A program made the translations under genes and the position numbers. Positions 16,115 to 21,313 of a stretch of 21,313 bases of DNA are shown in pieces (positions within the stretch are counted from its first letter, which is position 1; each line of letters opens with the position of its first letter). The notes beneath the pieces were generated by a model, which was not told where the DNA came from, searched no databases, and saw only the letters and a program-made list of their open reading frames with translations. The stretch covers positions 1 through 21,313 of the forward strand of contig NZ_LWLG01000023.1 of the NCBI RefSeq assembly GCF_001652585.1. Reading direction: 5' to 3'. Source of the stretch: Thermosulfurimonas dismutans (GTDB lineage Bacteria > Desulfobacterota > Thermodesulfobacteria > Thermodesulfobacteriales > Thermodesulfobacteriaceae).

Positions 16115-17520
16115 AGGAAACCTGCCTCGAGTTTCTTCGGAATCAAAAGATAACCTCCTCACACCTCAGGGAAACCATTTGCTTCCAGGGAAAGAAGCTA
16201 CCGAAGAGATTTTTTTATGAGGAACTGCAGAGGTATTTAAGCGAATTTTTCAAATCCGGCCGGGGGATAAGGATGGTGGCCCTGGCCGGACTGCGGGGAA
16301 CCGGAAAGACCACCCTCCTCTGGCAACTGGCGGACTATCTCCTTCGAAACTTCAAGGAAAAAGCCGAAGGCTTCTTTATAAGCCTTGATGTGGCCTACAG
16401 TTACGGTTTTTCGGAAAAAGATCTTATCGAAGGATTGCAAAAAATATACGAAGATTTGAAGTCTCAAAGGAAAACACTGGTGCTCTTTCTCGACGAGGTG
16501 CAATATCTCCACAACTGGCCTCTGATGCTAAAAGTGCTCTATGACAAGTTCAAAGACTGTTTTATTTTCGTAAGCGGAAGCTCTGCCCTGTATCTTCACT
16601 CTACGGTAGATCTGGCCACCCGGTGGATCCTGAGATCCCTTCTTCCTTTGAGTTTTCGCGAGTTTCTAATGATAAAGGCCTTCCTAGAATCTGGCTTTGA
16701 AGTTCCTTCCTTTTCCCGAGCGGAGGAGCTCAGGAAGACACTTTTCTTCTCCGAATCGCTTGAGGAGTTAAAGGAAGGCCTGAAACTAGTAGAAAAAGAG
16801 GCGCAGGAGTTTTATAAAGAAGATCTTCCCTGGCAGGGGCTCATTCGGGAATACATATTATTTCTCAATCTCCCCCGTTTTATACCGGTGGAGGAGGAGA
16901 AGGTTCTGGCTGATCAGACCTTCGACATGCTTCAAAGAGTAGTCTATCAGGATCTCCGGAATTTTTATCCGGAAAGCGAGGTGGTGAGTGTCTTCAAGCT
17001 GCTTTCTCAGCTAGCGGCTAGCGACGAAATAAACCCGGAGAGGCTTTCGCAGGACTTAGGGGTTTCAAGAAAGCGGATAGAACGAATAATAAAAAGCTTG
17101 ATAGAAGCGGAGGTTTTACTGGCCTCTCCTCCCTACGGAGGAACCAAAACCAGAGTTGCCCGGCACAGAAAAGTCTTTTTCCTTTCTCCAACCCTTAGAT
17201 ACGGAATCCTTAGGCAGATTTTTGCGGACGTTCGGCCTTTCTTTTCCAAGTTTCTGGAGGATACCGTGGCCCTTTATCTAAGACGACTCCTTAAGAACGG
17301 AATGTATTATCTACCTACCGAGACACAAAAGACCCCGGATTTTGTGGTGGAAACCGCTCTTGCACCCGTGGTTTTGGAAGTGGGAACCGCTAAAAGGGAT
17401 GTTTCCCAACTCAAGCTTAAAAATATGCGTTACGGTATTCTCCTGAATTTTGATCTGGAGGTGCCGGAATTCAAGGATAAAGTAGTTATCTTTCCTTTCA
17501 AGTGGTTTTTGCTTATGTAG
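16111..17520 (+). CDS. AAA_14 / DUF4143-family ATPase with a C-terminal winged-helix-like segment
   Basis: The TTG start overlaps the GH stop codon by 4 nt. Walker A is LAGLRGTGKTTLL and Walker B is LVLFLDEVQYLHNWPLMLKVLYD, the typical AAA_14 pattern. An HTH-like segment LSQDLGVSRKRIERIIKSLIEAEVL lies in the C-terminal half. Confidence 0.8.
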   Translation: MKETCLEFLRNQKITSSHLRETICFQGKKLPKRFFYEELQRYLSEFFKSGRGIRMVALAGLRGTGKTTLLWQLADYLLRNFKEKAEGFFISLDVAYSYGFSEKDLIEGLQKIYEDLKSQRKTLVLFLDEVQYLHNWPLMLKVLYDKFKDCFIFVSGSSALYLHSTVDLATRWILRSLLPLSFREFLMIKAFLESGFEVPSFSRAEELRKTLFFSESLEELKEGLKLVEKEAQEFYKEDLPWQGLIREYILFLNLPRFIPVEEEKVLADQTFDMLQRVVYQDLRNFYPESEVVSVFKLLSQLAASDEINPERLSQDLGVSRKRIERIIKSLIEAEVLLASPPYGGTKTRVARHRKVFFLSPTLRYGILRQIFADVRPFFSKFLEDTVALYLRRLLKNGMYYLPTETQKTPDFVVETALAPVVLEVGTAKRDVSQLKLKNMRYGILLNFDLEVPEFKDKVVIFPFKWFLLM

Positions 17521-17544
17521 ATTTTTACCTTAATTTTTACCTTA
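17521..17544. repeat. Perfect 12-bp tandem direct repeat (ATTTTTACCTTA x2) between the ATPase and rSAM genes
   Basis: Read directly from the sequence: 17521-17532 equals 17533-17544. It starts immediately after the ATPase stop codon and ends 16 nt before the rSAM ATG. Confidence 0.9.
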
Positions 17545-17560
17545 ACATAGGGGGGTGAGG

Positions 17561-18538
17561 ATGGAGGCGGCTATTATTTTGACCTACCGCTGTATCTGCA
17601 AATGCTACATGTGTAACATCTGGAAATATCCCACAAAACCCTCGGAGGAAATAAAACCCGAGGTGCTGGAGAAGCTTCCGGACAATCTGGCCTTCGTGAA
17701 CCTCACCGGGGGCGAGCCCTTTTTGCGGGAAGACATAGAAGACATTGTGGACATTGTGATGCGCAAGTCTAAAAGAGTAGTCATAAGCACCAACGGGTGG
17801 TTTACGGAAAAGATCGTAAATATTGCCAAGAAGTATCCCCGAATAGGTATAAGAGTGAGTCTTGAGGGGCTTCCGGCGGCCAACGATGAGCTACGGGGTA
17901 TAAAAGACGGCTTTGATCACGGCCTGCGGACGCTCCTTGAGCTTCAGCGCATGGGCCTTAAGGACATCGGCTTCGGCATCACGGTCTCCGACCGGAACGC
18001 CAAAGACATGATAGAACTTTACCAGCTTGCCAAAAGTCTGGGGTTTGAATTTGCCACTGCGGTTACGCACAATTCCTATTATTTTCATAAACACGATAAT
18101 GTTTTCAAAGATCAAAGAATGATCGAAGACTGCTTCCGGGAATTGATAAATGAACTGCTCTGTACAAAGAGGGTGAAGAACTGGTTTCGAGCCTACTTCA
18201 ATTACGGGCTTATCCGAAGAGTGAGAGGTCAACCGCGACTTCTTCCTTGTGAGGCCGGGACGGAGAATTTCTTCGTAACCCCTTTTGGGGAAGTGGTTCC
18301 CTGCAACGGTTCTCCAGAACCGTGGGTCATGGGTAATCTGAAACGCCAATCCTGGGATGAGATCTGGAACGGTGAGCAGGCCCAAAAGGTTAGAGAAAAG
18401 GTCAAAAACTGTGATAGGCAGTGCTGGATGATAGGGACCGCCGCCCCGGTGATGAAGAAATATATATGGAAGCCTCTAAAATGGGTGGTAAGGAACAAAC
18501 TGCGGGTGATGATGGGAAAGGAGCCCTGTTTGGACTGA
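17561..18538 (+). CDS. Radical SAM enzyme with a SPASM/twitch-like C-terminal Cys domain
   Basis: The tracked ORF starts at GTG 17555. The ATG at 17561 is preferred because GGGGGTGAGG lies immediately upstream. The rSAM cluster motif is C11-x3-C15-x2-C18 (YRCICKCYMCNIW), followed by GGEPFL. The C-terminal pattern is LPCEAGTENFFVTPFGEVVPCNG...CDRQCW (SPASM-like C-x-A-G ... G-x-V-x-P-C). Confidence 0.85.
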   Translation: MEAAIILTYRCICKCYMCNIWKYPTKPSEEIKPEVLEKLPDNLAFVNLTGGEPFLREDIEDIVDIVMRKSKRVVISTNGWFTEKIVNIAKKYPRIGIRVSLEGLPAANDELRGIKDGFDHGLRTLLELQRMGLKDIGFGITVSDRNAKDMIELYQLAKSLGFEFATAVTHNSYYFHKHDNVFKDQRMIEDCFRELINELLCTKRVKNWFRAYFNYGLIRRVRGQPRLLPCEAGTENFFVTPFGEVVPCNGSPEPWVMGNLKRQSWDEIWNGEQAQKVREKVKNCDRQCWMIGTAAPVMKKYIWKPLKWVVRNKLRVMMGKEPCLD

Positions 18539-18542
18539 TTCC

Positions 18543-19664
18543 ATGAGAATCGTCGTATGCGGAACGAGGGGATTCCCCGGTGTTCAGGGAGGGGTGGAGA
18601 AACATTGCCAAGAACTTTACCCCAGGCTGGTAAAGCTCGGGTGCGAGGTTCTGGTCTTCACTCGCACGCCATATATCTCCAGGGACAACCGTCTTTTCGA
18701 ATGGCGCGGAGTAAAGTTCCACCATTTGTGGTGTCCGCGGAAAAAATCCCTTGAGGCCATAACGCATACCTTGTTTGCCGTCTCTTTGGCGCGGAGATTT
18801 AAGCCGGATATCCTCCATATTCACGCCATCGGTCCGTGTCTGGTCGTACCTCTGGCGCGGGCTCTTGGGTTCAAGGTGGTGATGACCCACCACGGGCCGG
18901 ACTACGAACGGGCCAAGTGGGGGCGCCTGGCCAAAAGGGCACTTAAGCAGGGCGAAAGCTGGGGCGTGAGGTACAGCCACCGGGTGATCGTCATCTCCCG
19001 GGGCATTCAGGAACATGTGAGAAGGCTTTACGGGCGGGAGGCCGTGTTCATCCCCAACGGGGTGCACATTCCGGAGGCCGTTCCTCCTGGAGAAGGGCTT
19101 TCGCGATGGGGACTTGAGCCCGGAAGCTATGTCTTTACCGCCTGCCGCTTCGTGCCGGAAAAGGGCCTCCACGATTTGATAGAGGCCTATCGGCGGCTCA
19201 AAAATCCGCCTTTTAAACTTGTGATTGCCGGGGATGCGGACCACGAGACTCCTTACAGCCGGAATATAAAAGAGCTGGCCGCTCGGACCCCGGGCGTGGT
19301 GCTCACGGGTTTTGTTTCCGGAAGGCCTCTTGCCGAACTTTTTTCAAACGCCGGACTCTTTGTGCTTCCCTCTTATTACGAAGGGCTTCCCATCGCCCTT
19401 CTTGAGGCTCTGAGTTACGGGCTTCCGGTGCTGGTAAGCGATATTCCTCAACATCGGGAGCTCCCTCTGCCCGACTTTCGCTATTTTCCGAAAGGAGACG
19501 TGGAGCGCCTGGCCCGGGCCATGAAAGATCTTTTCCACCGGGGCATTTCGCCCGAGGAGCGCAAGAAATATTTCGACCTCCTCCAGCGGGACTACAACTG
19601 GGACCACGTAGCCGAGCGCACGCTCGGGGTGTATCGGGAGGCCCAAGACTTTCGCACTTCGTAA
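18543..19664 (+). CDS. GT4-family (GT-B) glycosyltransferase
   Basis: RFVPEKGLHDLIEAY...LVIAGDADHE...GLFVLPSYYEGLPIALLEALSYGLPVLVSDIPQHRE includes the E-x7-E motif. The gene starts 4 nt after the rSAM stop. Confidence 0.9.
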   Translation: MRIVVCGTRGFPGVQGGVEKHCQELYPRLVKLGCEVLVFTRTPYISRDNRLFEWRGVKFHHLWCPRKKSLEAITHTLFAVSLARRFKPDILHIHAIGPCLVVPLARALGFKVVMTHHGPDYERAKWGRLAKRALKQGESWGVRYSHRVIVISRGIQEHVRRLYGREAVFIPNGVHIPEAVPPGEGLSRWGLEPGSYVFTACRFVPEKGLHDLIEAYRRLKNPPFKLVIAGDADHETPYSRNIKELAARTPGVVLTGFVSGRPLAELFSNAGLFVLPSYYEGLPIALLEALSYGLPVLVSDIPQHRELPLPDFRYFPKGDVERLARAMKDLFHRGISPEERKKYFDLLQRDYNWDHVAERTLGVYREAQDFRTS

Positions 19665-19750
19665 GTGCAACAAGGGATCGGGGAGATTTCTGGAGGGAGG
19701 CGGAGCGGCCTCGCGGAGCATGGGAAAAAGGATGGAGTGGATCCATGTAT

Positions 19751-19783
19751 TTACAAGTATGAATTCATGCTTAATAATTCATG
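19751..19783 (+). promoter_or_regulatory. Candidate vapBC promoter with overlapping operator repeats
   Basis: TTACAA (19751-19756), a 17-nt spacer, then ATAATT (19774-19779). The direct repeat AATTCATG occurs at 19762-19769 and 19776-19783. The palindrome ATGAATTCAT lies at 19759-19768. The element sits 37 nt upstream of the vapB ATG. Confidence 0.35.
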
Positions 19784-19819
19784 TAAGTAGAAAGTAATTA
19801 GTGAAATGAGGAAAAGTTA

Positions 19820-20038
19820 ATGCGTGCGAAGGTTGCTGAACGGGGACAGGTGACGATACCGAAACCTTTGAGGGATCGGTTGGGAATTCGGCCCGGGACT
19901 ATTTTGGAATTTAAGGAAGAAGCAGGGCGTTTGGTAGCCGTGAAAGTAGAGACTTTGGATCCTATAGATCAAATTTATGGTCAACTTGGTCGGGGAAGGC
20001 ATACGGACGAGATCCTCCGTCAGTTAAGAGAAAAATAA
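19820..20038 (+). CDS. vapB: AbrB/SpoVT-domain antitoxin (VapB-type)
   Basis: RGQVTIPKPLRDRLGIRPGTILEF is the swapped-hairpin AbrB/MazE DNA-binding motif. The protein is 72 aa, and its stop codon directly abuts the start of the PIN gene. Confidence 0.8.
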   Translation: MRAKVAERGQVTIPKPLRDRLGIRPGTILEFKEEAGRLVAVKVETLDPIDQIYGQLGRGRHTDEILRQLREK

Positions 20039-20449
20039 GTGATTACAGCCGTTGATACCAATATTCTAATAGATATTTTGGAACCCGATCCCCTTTATGG
20101 GCCTGCCTCAAAAGAAGCTCTAAAAAAGTGTCTAAGAGAAGGAAAGATTGTAGCTTGTGAAGTTGTATGGGCCGAGGTGGCTGTGGTTTATGTCGAGGCG
20201 CAGGAAACCCTTATAAAAATGTTAGAGAAGATAGGGCTCGAATTTTCACCTATTACTCGGGAAGCCGCCTTAGTGGCGGCTAAATGCTGGGCTGAATATT
20301 TAAAAAGGGGGCCCAAGAAGAGAAGGATTGCGGCTGATTTTCTCATAGGAGCTCATGCCTTGGTTCAGTGTGATCGTTTGTTAACCAGAGATAAGGGATT
20401 TTATCGGGAGTATTTTAAAGGACTTAAGGTTATATATCCTGGTGATTGA
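20039..20449 (+). CDS. vapC: PIN-domain ribonuclease toxin (VapC-type)
   Basis: GTG start. The N-terminal AVDTNILIDIL carries the first conserved Asp. Further acidic residues lie in ACEVVWAEV, AADFLIGAHA and LLTRD. A length of 136 aa is typical for VapC. Confidence 0.85.
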   Translation: MITAVDTNILIDILEPDPLYGPASKEALKKCLREGKIVACEVVWAEVAVVYVEAQETLIKMLEKIGLEFSPITREAALVAAKCWAEYLKRGPKKRRIAADFLIGAHALVQCDRLLTRDKGFYREYFKGLKVIYPGD

Positions 20450-20455
20450 AAGATG

Positions 20456-21193
20456 CCGTTGAGTTTTCGCGAGTTTCTAATGATAAAGGCCTTCCTGGAA
20501 TCCGACCTTGAAGTACCCCCCTTTTCCCGGGCGTAGGAGCTCCTGAAGACACTTTTCTTCTCCGAATCGCTTGAGGAGTTAAAGGAAGGTCTGAGATCTA
20601 TAAAAAAGAGGTGCAGAAGTTTTATAAAAAAGATCTTCCCTGGCAGGGGTTTATTCAGGAATACATCTTATTTCATAATCTCCCCCGTTTCATACCCGTG
20701 GAGGAGGAGAAGGTTCTGGCTGATCAGACCTTCGACATGCTTCAAAGAGTAGTCTATCAGGATCTCCGGAATTTCTATCCGGAAAACGAGGTGGTGAGTA
20801 TCTTCAAGCTGCTTTCTCAGCTTGCGGCCAGCGACGAAATAAACCCGGAACCAAAACCAGAGTTGCCCGACACAGAAAAGTCTTTTTCCTTTCTCCAACC
20901 CTTAGATACGGAATCCTTAGGTAGATTTTTGCGGACGTTCGGCCTTTCTTTTCCAAGTTTCTGGAGGATACCGTGGCCTTTTATCTAAGGCGACTCCTTC
21001 CGAACGGAATGTACTATCTACCTACCGAGACACAAAAGACCCCGGATTTTGTGGTGGAAACCGCTCTTGCACCTGTGGTTTTGGAAGTGGGAACCGCTAA
21101 AAGGGATGTTTCCCAACTCAAGCTTAAAAATATGCGTTACGGTATTTTCCTGAATTTTGATCTGGAGGTGCCGGAATTCAAGGATAAAGTAGT
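20456..21193 (+). pseudogene. Decayed 3' copy of the AAA_14/DUF4143 ATPase gene (paralogous to 16645..17486)
   Basis: Aligns base-by-base with 16645-17486, with 6 mismatches in a hand-counted 120-nt stretch (20671-20790). It lacks the 5' ~535 nt that include the Walker motifs. GAG at 16723 has become TAG at 20534-20536, there is a 1-nt deletion near 20591-20605, and a 103-nt deletion corresponds to 17040-17142. The tracked ORF 20611..20988 is a frame-shifted remnant of this copy. Confidence 0.85.
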
Positions 21194-21313
21194 ATTTTCG
21201 CTATTATCGGAAAGGCGAGGTGGACCGTCTGGCCCGGGCTATGTTCGAGCTTTTTCATCGTGGCATTTTGCCCGAGGAACACAAGAAATATTTCGACCTC
21301 CTCCAGCGGGACT
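21194..21313 (+). pseudogene. Fragment homologous to the 3' end of GT4 gene 18543..19664 (equivalent to 19474-19593), running off the window
   Basis: The alignment is ungapped, with 18 mismatches in 120 nt by hand count. It translates in the GT frame as YFRYYRKGEVDRLARAMFELFHRGILPEEHKKYFDLLQRD, versus DFRYFPKGDVERLARAMKDLFHRGISPEERKKYFDLLQRD. It is joined out of frame to the ATPase remnant at 21193/21194. Confidence 0.55.

Noticed and set aside
17561-18538. The radical SAM/SPASM enzyme as an anaerobic sulfatase-maturing enzyme (anSME), linking it to the sulfation theme
   Set aside because: No sulfatase gene is present in the window, and the N-terminal and auxiliary-cluster Cys patterns are not distinctly anSME-like. 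The idea is kept only as an alternative to test.
17891-19746. Long minus-strand ORFs (17891..18385, 18229..18498, 18402..19244, 19303..19746, 19344..19721) antisense to the rSAM and GT4 genes
   Set aside because: They lie entirely opposite strongly supported + strand genes in GC-rich DNA, where stop-poor antisense frames arise by chance. Their products are Pro/Arg/Gly/Ser-rich low-complexity sequence with no motifs.
20611-20988. The 125-aa ORF as a functional gene
   Set aside because: It is the internal part of the decayed ATPase copy. It matches aa ~230-310 of the intact ATPase and then runs out of frame after the 103-nt deletion. It has no Walker motifs or N-terminal domain.
1-21313. CRISPR arrays, tRNA/rRNA genes or integrase-bounded islands
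   Set aside because: No regularly spaced direct repeats were seen, and no cloverleaf-compatible sequence in the intergenic regions (991-1130, 1740-2189, 3588-3774, 19665-19819). No integrase or recombinase ORF was seen. The only mobile-element trace is the truncated transposase at the left edge.

Overview
The window is dominated by a single co-directional (+ strand) array, about 2.2-19.7 kb, that reads as a Wzx/Wzy-type surface-polysaccharide locus. In order it encodes ManC (GDP-mannose supply), a Wzx-like flippase, two tandem uncharacterised proteins with nucleotidyltransferase-fold motifs, Glf (UDP-galactofuranose supply), a GT2, a Wzy/O-antigen-ligase-family membrane protein, a CgeB-like putative GT, a PAPS-type sulfotransferase, a GT4, a secreted GH51-like hydrolase, an AAA_14/DUF4143 ATPase, a radical SAM/SPASM enzyme and a second GT4. 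Upstream lie a truncated IS4/IS5-type transposase gene, a secreted VPLPA/PEP-CTERM protein and an APS kinase (CysC). CysC together with the sulfotransferase suggests a sulfated glycan containing mannose and galactofuranose. Downstream is a vapBC (AbrB-type antitoxin/PIN toxin) module, followed by a decayed partial copy of the ATPase gene fused to a diverged copy of the 3' end of the second GT4 gene. The most conspicuous sequence-level signal is compositional. A very AT-rich core (about 4.05-13.09 kb, plus a patch at about 14.70-15.78 kb) sits in GC-rich flanks, and all four borders fall inside intact reading frames (wzx, GT4, GH51-like). That pattern implies chimeric genes made by cassette exchange, or an assembly chimera. 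The most novel candidate content is the translationally coupled NTase-fold pair in the low-GC core and the ATPase-rSAM/SPASM-GT4 block. No tRNA, rRNA or CRISPR array was seen. All functional calls come from motif recognition by eye, no database search was run, and the source taxon cannot be determined from the sequence alone.
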